This document shows, one piece after another, positions 38,971 through 47,299 of a stretch of DNA of 64,000 bases. The notes below the pieces were generated by a model. It made no database searches. It saw nothing but the letters and a program-made list of their open reading frames with translations, and was not told the origin of the DNA. Source of the stretch: a virus; the IMG/VR virus record IMGVR_UViG_3300033143_003851, positions 9,904 to 73,903 of that record, one strand, 5' to 3'. Both the position numbers and the translations under genes were made by a program. Each line of letters opens with the position of its first letter. The first letter of the stretch is position 1.

Positions 38971-39153
38971 ATGAAAAGATGTGTTAGTTGCTCAGATCAA
39001 TTTAAATCTTGGTTGCCAAATGGTGTTATTTGGCCGGATGAAATTAATCCTGAGAGCTCTTATGGAGAACACACACCATATAATAAAATAGTTGTTTGTC
39101 CTTGGTGTGGGGGCAAATTAGATGATGTTTCTAAAGTTGTTACTTTTAAATAA
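38971..39153 (+). CDS. Zn-finger microprotein
   Basis: CVSC...CPWCG. Confidence 0.65.
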   Translation: MKRCVSCSDQFKSWLPNGVIWPDEINPESSYGEHTPYNKIVVCPWCGGKLDDVSKVVTFK

Positions 39154-39166
39154 GAGGCGATAAATA

Positions 39167-39421
39167 ATGAGTTTTATGAAAGGTGTTATGTGTGATAAGT
39201 GTGGAACGCACTTAAATTGGCATTTTGAGTTGGATGGAAATATGACTTGTCAGAAGTGCCATGCCAAAGCTAATGAACGGATGAGTAGAATGATGTTTGA
39301 TTTTGATTTACTGATTGAGCGATGTATGATGTCTTTAGATTCTGTGATTACTAAAGAGAGATATAATTTTTACGAAAAACTTGAGAAAAAGTTTTCAAAT
39401 TTAAGAAAAAAATGGAAATAA
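39167..39421 (+). CDS. Zn-finger microprotein
   Basis: CDKCG...CQKC; GAGGCGA RBS. Confidence 0.65.
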   Translation: MSFMKGVMCDKCGTHLNWHFELDGNMTCQKCHAKANERMSRMMFDFDLLIERCMMSLDSVITKERYNFYEKLEKKFSNLRKKWK

Positions 39422-39443
39422 CATATTATATATATTGTATCTA

Positions 39444-39514
39444 GCAACAGTAGTGTTAAAGGTAGCACAGGCCCAAGCGCAAGCCTAGTATTGGTTCAAC
39501 TCCAATTTGTTGCG
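39444..39514 (+). ncRNA. tRNA-like element with aberrant anticodon arm
   Basis: GCAACAG/TTGTTGC acceptor, D arm with GG, ATTGG-TTCAACT-CCAAT T arm; anticodon arm is AGGC/GCCT with a 10-nt loop. Confidence 0.6.
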
Positions 39515-39597
39515 TCCCTCCCAAACTGGCTGGAAGCAGAGCAACTAGGAAACTAGCGGTAACTGTGATATCGGGGTGAAAATCCCCAGGGGAAACA

Positions 39598-39670
39598 GGG
39601 CCGGTAGCTCTAATGGTAGAGCGGTTGCTTTGCAAGCAAACGGATCTGGGTTCGAATCCCAGTTGGTCCA
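39598..39670 (+). tRNA. tRNA-Ala(UGC)
   Basis: G3:U70 identity pair, TT-TGC-AA loop, CTGGG-TTCGAAT-CCCAG, A73. Confidence 0.92.
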
Positions 39671-39671
39671 T

Positions 39672-39851
39672 ATGTGTTTTTGTTATGTGTTTTGGGCAAT
39701 GTTTTTATTGTGTATGTTTATAGGGATATTTTCAACTAAAACATCAGCAGTAATTGGGGTTGGAGCCATGCTTTATTCAATATATTGGTGGTTCACTAGA
39801 AGCAAAGGTAATGAGAAAACTTGTTGTGAGGGTAAACATAATGTGTTGTGA
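39672..39851 (+). CDS. Small membrane protein (2 TM)
   Basis: MCFCYVFWAMFLL...; ATG 1 nt after tRNA-Ala. Confidence 0.5.
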   Translation: MCFCYVFWAMFLLCMFIGIFSTKTSAVIGVGAMLYSIYWWFTRSKGNEKTCCEGKHNVL

Positions 39852-39985
39852 AGATGATGATGGAACAACGAGCGTAACAGTTATTGATAATAGATGGTTT
39901 CATCCCCCTATTCAATATGGTTGGGTCTGTCCAAGGTGTAAAGCTGTGCATGCCCCTTCGTCGATGAATTGTTTTTGTAAACCAG

Positions 39986-40495
39986 ATGAGGAGAAAAATG
40001 AAGGAAACTGAGTTGACCGGCGGAATTATCAAAGTCGAGAAAAAATTTTTAACAAGTAAAAATGCCACCCCTCTACTTAAGTTCTGGAAGGAGCACATGC
40101 CAGAAAAATATGCCCAGTTTCAATCATATTGTGATGTGGTTGCCCAAGACCCATCCATCCACATGTCTGCCTTCGAGATGTTTGAAGTTGTATTAAACCT
40201 GATGATTAAACATGATTTTATTCTTCATATGGATCAATCAGGTAAAAACTATAAGGACATGAATCAGGATGAGGCTCGCATAGCCGAACTAATCAGGAAG
40301 ATGGGTTCCGAGGCCGTGAACCTAATCCATAGAAATAAGGGGGAAGTTATCCAACGAGATATATTGGATGAGTTACGAGACGGGTTTAAGGAAATTGAGA
40401 TAACAAGGATTAGGGTTCGCAAGAAGTCTGGGGCGGACGAATTGGATGAGATGCTAGAAGCAGAAGAATCAGAGTACGAGATTGAGGAAGAGTAA
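39986..40495 (+). CDS. Putative terminase small subunit
   Basis: Helical protein immediately upstream of TerL; positional inference. Confidence 0.5.
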   Translation: MRRKMKETELTGGIIKVEKKFLTSKNATPLLKFWKEHMPEKYAQFQSYCDVVAQDPSIHMSAFEMFEVVLNLMIKHDFILHMDQSGKNYKDMNQDEARIAELIRKMGSEAVNLIHRNKGEVIQRDILDELRDGFKEIEITRIRVRKKSGADELDEMLEAEESEYEIEEE

Positions 40496-40497
40496 AT

Positions 40498-42246
40498 ATG
40501 GCAATGGCGCTCAAGGAATATATAGGCTCCAAAAATATCTTTATGGAAGAACTTAGGTGGCCAATTACAGTTGCTAAAGAGTCAAGCCGAGAGTTCGCCT
40601 ACCAAGAGATGTTAAAAATATATAATCGAGCAAACTTCTATATGAACCACTCTAAGAACGAAAAAGAGTTGATGTTAAAAGTTTTTAACGACTATGAAGT
40701 TTTTTGTATATTTTTTCGCCGGCTAAACCTTAGTGATATAGATGGCAACATACAACTAGCATCCATGTATCCTACGCCAGCTCAATCTAAAATTACAGAG
40801 ATGATATCTGAGTACGATACTATATATGGGATGTTCTCACGGCAGTCTGGTAAAACTGAGTGGGCATCTACATATGGTCCCTTCCAAGCTATTAGGTCTG
40901 AGGGATATATGTTAAATCTCCTAGCTCCCACTGAGAGGCAGTTAATTGTGATGAAAAATACCCACGATTTTCTTAGTGGGAATGAATACTTGAGGGAAAA
41001 CTTCGTGATGCCTAACAAAGGGGGAGAACTTAATAAGGAGAGCATCACATTCGGAAGGAACAAATCAAGAATATCATCTATGACACTCAGTCAGGCACAC
41101 AGTGGAGACACGAAGAGAGGTATAAGTGGGCACTGTATCATTGATGAGTTTCCGCTGTTAGATAAGAAAACTATTGATGATCTTATTGAGCCTATCCAAT
41201 CGAATGCAAGAATCAAGGTTAAGATTATATATGTGGGAACACCTAAGTTAGAATATAATCCAGATATCGAAACAGAAATGGATACGCTGATAGAGGCGGG
41301 TATAGCGGGCTTCATCCATGTAAACTGCTGGGAGAATATAGAGTTTGGGGCAACTGCCAGAGATAAGATATCTAGGCGATTCATTAAGTTTAATATTCCC
41401 TGCAAATATGGGAGGACAGGCTATTGTCCAAAGTTTTATAAAGATGGTGGGACATTTATTCCCCCAGACCCTAGGCGGGCAAGTTTTAAGTGCGACGAAG
41501 TATGTAAAAACTATGATTCATTTGTTATGGAGAATCTAGCAGAGTTTCCATCTGGATCAAATAGAGTGTTCCCTAAAAATTGGCTATATAATAATTCTCG
41601 GGCTGATGGCAGACTAACTCAACCTCACAATATCAGAGATGTTGGTGATAGGGTTATGTCAATTGATTTAGGGTTTGTTGGAGACCCTACAGTAATATTA
41701 GTTTGTGATCCTGTTTTGAAAACGGGGATGGAAGAATATGCTCTTAGAGTTATTGGTTGGCACGAGATTCAATCATCTGGAGACATGAGTCGAGGCAATG
41801 ACCCACTAAGAGAGGCCATCCAGAGATACTACTTACTATATAATCCTAATACCATATACATTGATATCACTAGGAGTCGGGAGTTTGTATATGGGTTAGT
41901 TAAACATGGGGATAAACTTATCCCTAGAAATAAATTTTATGCGTGTGAAGTGGAGCGGAAGAAAAATTCGTTTGGTGTGTACTGGGCTAACCATGCCACC
42001 AAACATGAGATGATGGTCAACCATAGGAGCCAAGTTCAGCAAGGGAATTGGATTGTTCCACAGAACCCAAGTGAGTTTTGGTCTACTTGGTTTAATGACC
42101 ACTACAAAACAAAGGCAGAGGAAAGTTCGGACCAAAGATATAAGCTATATCCAAATACTGGTCATACTTTGGCAGCTGCTATGCAAGCGAGTTTATGGCT
42201 TGCTGGAAAAGGAAGGGGATCTCCACCTAGTTTAATGGTGTTATAA
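40498..42246 (+). CDS. terL: Terminase large subunit
   Basis: Adenine-binding Q motif (PTPAQ), Walker A SRQSGKTE, APT..Q, RG, Walker B CIIDE, GTP, nuclease SIDLG..GDPT. Confidence 0.92.
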   Translation: MAMALKEYIGSKNIFMEELRWPITVAKESSREFAYQEMLKIYNRANFYMNHSKNEKELMLKVFNDYEVFCIFFRRLNLSDIDGNIQLASMYPTPAQSKITEMISEYDTIYGMFSRQSGKTEWASTYGPFQAIRSEGYMLNLLAPTERQLIVMKNTHDFLSGNEYLRENFVMPNKGGELNKESITFGRNKSRISSMTLSQAHSGDTKRGISGHCIIDEFPLLDKKTIDDLIEPIQSNARIKVKIIYVGTPKLEYNPDIETEMDTLIEAGIAGFIHVNCWENIEFGATARDKISRRFIKFNIPCKYGRTGYCPKFYKDGGTFIPPDPRRASFKCDEVCKNYDSFVMENLAEFPSGSNRVFPKNWLYNNSRADGRLTQPHNIRDVGDRVMSIDLGFVGDPTVILVCDPVLKTGMEEYALRVIGWHEIQSSGDMSRGNDPLREAIQRYYLLYNPNTIYIDITRSREFVYGLVKHGDKLIPRNKFYACEVERKKNSFGVYWANHATKHEMMVNHRSQVQQGNWIVPQNPSEFWSTWFNDHYKTKAEESSDQRYKLYPNTGHTLAAAMQASLWLAGKGRGSPPSLMVL

Positions 42247-42530
42247 TGAAGAAAGATAAATTTAATAGATTAGAAAATGATTGCCTTGTGATTTTAGCTG
42301 AGGTAGCAAGGAGACGTGGGGAACCTCAAACATATAATAAAATATCTGAATGGACAGGTGTGCCACTCACCACAGTTAGAGTGATATTGTCTTGGTCGTC
42401 TAAGCCTGATAATGCCCAACAGAATGACATGCTGTATAAGGTAGCCAAAAGGTTTGGATATGATTATTTAATTATAAGAAAACCGAAGAAGATTATAGAT
42501 GTCATATATAGGGGATTAGTTTATGGCTGA
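42246..42530 (+). CDS. HTH DNA-binding protein
   Basis: TYNKISEWTGVPLTTVRVIL. Confidence 0.65.
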   Translation: MKKDKFNRLENDCLVILAEVARRRGEPQTYNKISEWTGVPLTTVRVILSWSSKPDNAQQNDMLYKVAKRFGYDYLIIRKPKKIIDVIYRGLVYG

Positions 42531-43938
42531 AGAAAAAAAGCAAGATGAAGAAGATAAGCCCACCATGTTTGTTGGGGCAACAGGTCGCAGGTCTGGAGGA
42601 ACGTCTAGACCTGGGTGGGTTAATAAGTTTAGAGATGATACTGCTGGTGGACAAGAGAGCACTAGGTTTAGTGTGTATGAGATTTATGATTATGCGAAGT
42701 TTGGACCACAGGAGTATTTTCAGGCGTGGGATGAAGAGGATTTAGTAAATCCTTGGTTTACCTATCTACTTGATTTTATTAATAATCAACTGTTTGCAAA
42801 TTATCACTTTGAGGGAAAGGGGGCTCCGGCTGTCGAGAAATATTGGCGGGACCACAATATGTATAATAAGATATGGCAGTTAGGTAGGACCACATTAAAG
42901 TATGGGACAGGGATTGCCCAGAAAATTAAAACAAACCTTGGCGGTGTTAAGGGGTTGCGAATATTTTATACCCCTGATTTCAAAGTTGATAGAGATGAAA
43001 GGACGTGGGATGAGAAGTGGAAGTATAGTGGTACTGGAGATGCCATCTCTGACACATGGAAATATAATGATGGCAAGTCAAAGAAGTTTGTTATACTGAG
43101 ACCGTTTAATAGGCCAGAAACTCCTTGGGGATTCGCTATCGCTCATCAGTGTTATCACGCATTACAATCGCTATATAAAATTACAATAGAAGATATTCCT
43201 GCTGGAGCAGAGAATTTTATGACTATTGAGAGGGTTATTAGAGCAGACTTTAGTAACTATGTGAAGGAAGAAGATAAGTTGGCAGCTGGAAAAACACTTC
43301 AGGAAAATTGGAGTCGAGCTAATCCAGCTAAGGGAGATATTAGAATTATTGATAATCATCACGAACTTGGATATATGGGTTCACTTAGTGGTGGGACTCC
43401 AGCTAGGAAGTTGGAACACATCATGTCGTTTATCGAACCCCTTATGTCTGTAGTTCTGTTGAATTACTATATGGCTATTGGTATCATTAGGCAAGATGGG
43501 GCTAACAAGTCTTTAATCAAAAGACAAGAGTGGAAGGCTTTCGAACTGATGCAACCAATTAAAAAATATGTTGCTGAGGAAATTATCCGGCAATTTATTG
43601 AACCTCATGTCATTAAGAAGCGACAAGTTTATCTTGTGCATGACCCCCCATATGAGATGTGGTTAGAGCGGGCTGAAGAGGCTATCGCATTATATCAGGG
43701 GGGCATAGTGCCCAGAGAGTGGGCACAGAGTCAGATTGGATTTAATCCAGAGGAATTTAAAAGGAGATACGGCACATCGAAATTCACATATGTTGAAGAT
43801 ATTGAGAAAGAGTTAGGGCAAGCAAATGCTGGCCTTAAAGAACCTAAGAGTCGCACAAGTGGACAAAAAAGGAACCCTGAAAGCGAAAAGGGTAGTGATA
43901 ACGATAGTGCAACAGGAACAAAGAGGGAGAAACAATGA
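42523..43938 (+). CDS. Putative portal protein
   Basis: 471 aa after TerL; LKYGTG, PWG, LYQGGIVPREWAQSQIGF portal-like C-terminal motif. Confidence 0.78.
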   Translation: MAEEKKQDEEDKPTMFVGATGRRSGGTSRPGWVNKFRDDTAGGQESTRFSVYEIYDYAKFGPQEYFQAWDEEDLVNPWFTYLLDFINNQLFANYHFEGKGAPAVEKYWRDHNMYNKIWQLGRTTLKYGTGIAQKIKTNLGGVKGLRIFYTPDFKVDRDERTWDEKWKYSGTGDAISDTWKYNDGKSKKFVILRPFNRPETPWGFAIAHQCYHALQSLYKITIEDIPAGAENFMTIERVIRADFSNYVKEEDKLAAGKTLQENWSRANPAKGDIRIIDNHHELGYMGSLSGGTPARKLEHIMSFIEPLMSVVLLNYYMAIGIIRQDGANKSLIKRQEWKAFELMQPIKKYVAEEIIRQFIEPHVIKKRQVYLVHDPPYEMWLERAEEAIALYQGGIVPREWAQSQIGFNPEEFKRRYGTSKFTYVEDIEKELGQANAGLKEPKSRTSGQKRNPESEKGSDNDSATGTKREKQ

Positions 43939-44168
43939 GTGAAGAAGATATTACTAATAACGAACTTTTAGAGGCCATCACTAGTGAATTTAGTGATTTT
44001 AGAGACGACATCCAAGAATTACATGAAAAAGTTGGCGAAGTGAAGGGAGAACTCAGTGCCCACAAAGAAGACACAAGTGCCCACATTTATGAGGGAAAAG
44101 GGAAAGTTTTCGCCGGTTTAATCGCTACAATGGTAGTTATTTTGGAAGTAATTGCCACAATTATGTAA
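43935..44168 (+). CDS. Coiled-coil protein with C-terminal TM (holin/XhlA-like architecture)
   Basis: Heptad acidic region followed by a terminal hydrophobic helix. Confidence 0.5.
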   Translation: MSEEDITNNELLEAITSEFSDFRDDIQELHEKVGEVKGELSAHKEDTSAHIYEGKGKVFAGLIATMVVILEVIATIM

Positions 44169-44192
44169 TTGTAGATTAGAGAGAGTGAGTAA

Positions 44193-45158
44193 ATGTCTAA
44201 GAAATATCGGGTTAAGTTTTTGGATCTCAATACTACATACCATGATTCAGATAAAGAGGATCATGTTGGGATTCATCCTTCTTCTCATGTATTAGCCCTG
44301 TCTCAAAATCGTGAGCGGGCACTTAAGGGAGAAATTCCTGTTACTCTCAACCATTCCAATGACAGGATAGGGAGTGTTCTCAGTATTGATTTAGATGAGA
44401 ATGGGATTCCTGTTGCCATTATTGAAGTCGAAAAGGATGTCGATGTTAAGGGAATTTCCCCTGGGTTAAAGACGAACGATGTTCAAGATGGCTTAATCAT
44501 GGATTATGATCTCGATCATATTACAATTGTGAATAGTGATGATATTCAATCTAGAAAACCATTTGAGAGTGGTGATATGATTTTGTTAGGGGCAGATATT
44601 ATGGTTGAAGAAGAGAAAAAGAAAAAAGTTATACTGAATCCAAAAGATGATCCAGACATTGCTAAAGAACTTATGAAGAAACTCAAACATACTGAGATTG
44701 AAAAGGAGAAGCAGGAAAAGGAACTTGAACTTAAGTTGAAGAAACTTGAGGACATGGAAACTAAACTTGCTAACTCTATGGAAAAAATTAAGCAGTATGA
44801 AGATGAGCAAAGAACTAAGTTAATTAATGAGTTGTCGGATTCGGCAAAAAATATTATGGTGGAAGGTGGGATTGACATCAATGTTGTTGATATGGCTATT
44901 TTAGAACAGGCAGTCAAACTGTCTAATATTAATAAACCAACAACTACAGACAAAGTCAAAGAGGAAGTATTAGATGCCGGAGTTCCGCCTCCTGAGAGGA
45001 ACACATCAACTCCAGAGAAAGAGCAGATGACGAAGTTACAGGAAATCAGCATGGCTTCTAAGTATAAAAGCGGTTGGAAATATTTTACTGAAGAACAAGT
45101 AAAGCTCGCTAAAGAAGCTCTGGAGAAACATAAAGATTTATTTAAGAAATACTACTAA
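44193..45158 (+). CDS. Prohead protease-scaffold fusion
   Basis: PVTLNH..RIG.V, KGISPG, DHITIV protease-like N domain; charged coiled-coil C domain. Confidence 0.72.
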   Translation: MSKKYRVKFLDLNTTYHDSDKEDHVGIHPSSHVLALSQNRERALKGEIPVTLNHSNDRIGSVLSIDLDENGIPVAIIEVEKDVDVKGISPGLKTNDVQDGLIMDYDLDHITIVNSDDIQSRKPFESGDMILLGADIMVEEEKKKKVILNPKDDPDIAKELMKKLKHTEIEKEKQEKELELKLKKLEDMETKLANSMEKIKQYEDEQRTKLINELSDSAKNIMVEGGIDINVVDMAILEQAVKLSNINKPTTTDKVKEEVLDAGVPPPERNTSTPEKEQMTKLQEISMASKYKSGWKYFTEEQVKLAKEALEKHKDLFKKYY

Positions 45159-45169
45159 GGAGATATAAG

Positions 45170-46039
45170 ATGGGAAATTATGGAACATATGCTGGAGAAT
45201 ATCTTACCAGCAATAAGATTTTTACGGTGGATTGGTATGAAGGCACGCACGCTTCTGTTGCTACAATTCATTTGCCTGGATCTGGAGTTAGACAGGATGG
45301 TTATACCATCACTGTTCCGATAAAGGATGGTAATTTTGTTAAGGTATATACAAGTGCTGATAACGCTTTTCAGAAAGTTGCTGCTGATGACGATGGCGCT
45401 AAGGTAGTTGGTATTGCTATTGACTACCCTCAGGGCGACACTAGTGGTGTAACTCGAAGGACAGGAAATTGTTACTTTTTTACACCCGGAGATATTATCT
45501 TATGCACAGTTGATCCGGCTAATTCTGCAATTGTGATTGGTGATCCAGTTTCTATTGGAGCCACTGCTGTTGTGGATACTGCGTGTCATGGGGCATATGT
45601 TGATAAGGCTCCTGCTGGAGATCTTGGTTTTGGATATGCTTTAGACTCTGCTAGTGCAGCTGCTGGTGCTGGTAATTATATTCGGGTTATGATTAAGGCC
45701 GAGATGACTCGGGATCAGACTATTACAGCTAACTTAGGGGCAACCGCTTTAGAGCAAGTGATATATCCTTTGTTCCTGGCTCCATATGCTGGTGAACTTA
45801 TGTATGTCCGATATAAGGCAACTTCAGCTTCTGGAGATGCTTCGGCTAATATTGCAGTTGCAGGGGCAGATATTTGGTCTTCGGATAAGACTGATTTTGG
45901 TGCAACAGCTAAAGGTGTGGTTCCTGATGCAGCTACGACTTTTGCAGCTGGAGAACTAATTGCTTTAGATGTTAGTGCTAATGGTACTAATGTGGACGGA
46001 TTAATGGTTCAGTTAGAAGTTCGATATAAGGTTAGGTGA
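45170..46039 (+). CDS. Putative head decoration / cement protein
   Basis: Between scaffold and capsid; VVGIA, AIVIGDPV, GYALDSA motifs. Confidence 0.55.
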   Translation: MGNYGTYAGEYLTSNKIFTVDWYEGTHASVATIHLPGSGVRQDGYTITVPIKDGNFVKVYTSADNAFQKVAADDDGAKVVGIAIDYPQGDTSGVTRRTGNCYFFTPGDIILCTVDPANSAIVIGDPVSIGATAVVDTACHGAYVDKAPAGDLGFGYALDSASAAAGAGNYIRVMIKAEMTRDQTITANLGATALEQVIYPLFLAPYAGELMYVRYKATSASGDASANIAVAGADIWSSDKTDFGATAKGVVPDAATTFAAGELIALDVSANGTNVDGLMVQLEVRYKVR

Positions 46040-46046
46040 TTAAAAA

Positions 46047-47168
46047 ATGGCTTACGCAGATGATCGTGGGGCTATGGGTGGTTTTCAGGGTGATTCGCCT
46101 CTGGCGATTTTCCATCCTGAGCTCTGGCTCGCAGATTGGCAAGAATATATGGAAGCAGAGTTAGTGCTTGGGGCTATTCCGCCCGTTGAGACTCTTAATG
46201 ATGAGAGTTTCTTGTATGAGATTCATACCCCGCCTGGCTCTGATTCTGGGAAAAAGTTTCCCGCAGTGTATCAGTTTGGAGCTCAGGTTCCTTCTATCAC
46301 TGTGTCTGAGATTACAACTGGATCTGGGTTTATTACTGGTCGAGCATTTAAGACTATGGTTTCTCCTCGGGGACAAAACTCATTTAATGGTGTTTCTCGG
46401 ATTAAGAAGCATATGTTAAATTGGTGTGGAGATTGGATTGAGAAAAAAGTGTATCAGGATATTACAGGTGATACACTTTCTTCGGGGACATCTACTGTTA
46501 CTTGGGCTGATAGTGGCGTGTTTGATACTTTCCTTGATACTAATATGAATGGTGGATATTGTAGTTCTGGTGGAACCACAGATATGATTTGTATCGGTCA
46601 GGTTGATGGTTATGAGTGGGATGCCAATAATGGCGACCCTATTGATGACTTCACACGGATTGCAATGATTATGAAAAACCAGATGAAGGTTCAGGGAACA
46701 TCTGATACTACAATTACGATGAACCCTTCAACTTCGGTGGCACTTTTAGATAGTATCTCTATGGGTGCATTATATCGGTATCTTAGGGATGATGGTATCT
46801 ATTACGACAAGGTTGGTCTTGATGCAATTACAGTGCCTTCGCTGTTCGGTTTAACGTTTAGGCCTGCTGATCGTGGACTGCCTACTGGAACAGTTGATAT
46901 TGGTAACGTGTCTACTGGGTATGGACTTTGTCTTATGTATGATACTACAGATGTGCCTTTCAAAGGATATCAGTATTTCTTAGATAATTGGCATGGTTGG
47001 TCTCGTGGTGGGACTGTTAGTGGTTGGGACTTTATGACTAAGAGCCAGTTCGTTCCTGAGGGAGAGGGCGAGTTCGAAGCTAATATGCATCTTTCCATTA
47101 ACAATAAAGTTTGGTATCCTAAGAAACTTGTGCTTTATGGTGGATTCAGATCTGCAGAAAGTATCTAA
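46047..47168 (+). CDS. Putative major capsid protein (HK97 fold inferred)
   Basis: 373 aa, position, AGGTGA RBS, followed by a terminator; biased codon usage suggests high expression. Confidence 0.7.
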   Translation: MAYADDRGAMGGFQGDSPLAIFHPELWLADWQEYMEAELVLGAIPPVETLNDESFLYEIHTPPGSDSGKKFPAVYQFGAQVPSITVSEITTGSGFITGRAFKTMVSPRGQNSFNGVSRIKKHMLNWCGDWIEKKVYQDITGDTLSSGTSTVTWADSGVFDTFLDTNMNGGYCSSGGTTDMICIGQVDGYEWDANNGDPIDDFTRIAMIMKNQMKVQGTSDTTITMNPSTSVALLDSISMGALYRYLRDDGIYYDKVGLDAITVPSLFGLTFRPADRGLPTGTVDIGNVSTGYGLCLMYDTTDVPFKGYQYFLDNWHGWSRGGTVSGWDFMTKSQFVPEGEGEFEANMHLSINNKVWYPKKLVLYGGFRSAESI

Positions 47169-47199
47169 ATACTTTCTACAACAAATAGAATGACCCTTG

Positions 47200-47235
47200 G
47201 GTGGATGGGTATAATCCACCTAATGTTCTTTTTTT
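47200..47235 (+). terminator. Hairpin plus oligo-T terminator after the capsid gene
   Basis: GGTGGAT-N7-ATCCACC then TTTTTTT. Confidence 0.65.
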
Positions 47236-47250
47236 AAAAAAGAGCGTCAA

Positions 47251-47268
47251 GAATGTTTATATATATAA
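47251..47268 (+). promoter_or_regulatory. TATA-box promoter
   Basis: GAATGTTTATATATATAA upstream of a GAGGTGA RBS. Confidence 0.55.
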
Positions 47269-47299
47269 GCTAGCTCAAAAAAAATAGAGGTGAATTAAA

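Noticed and set aside
6078-42246. Inteins or integrase
   Set aside because: PolB, NrdJ, helicase and TerL are of compact length with no C...HN splice motifs noticed; no tyrosine or serine recombinase was recognised, so the tRNAs are not called att sites.
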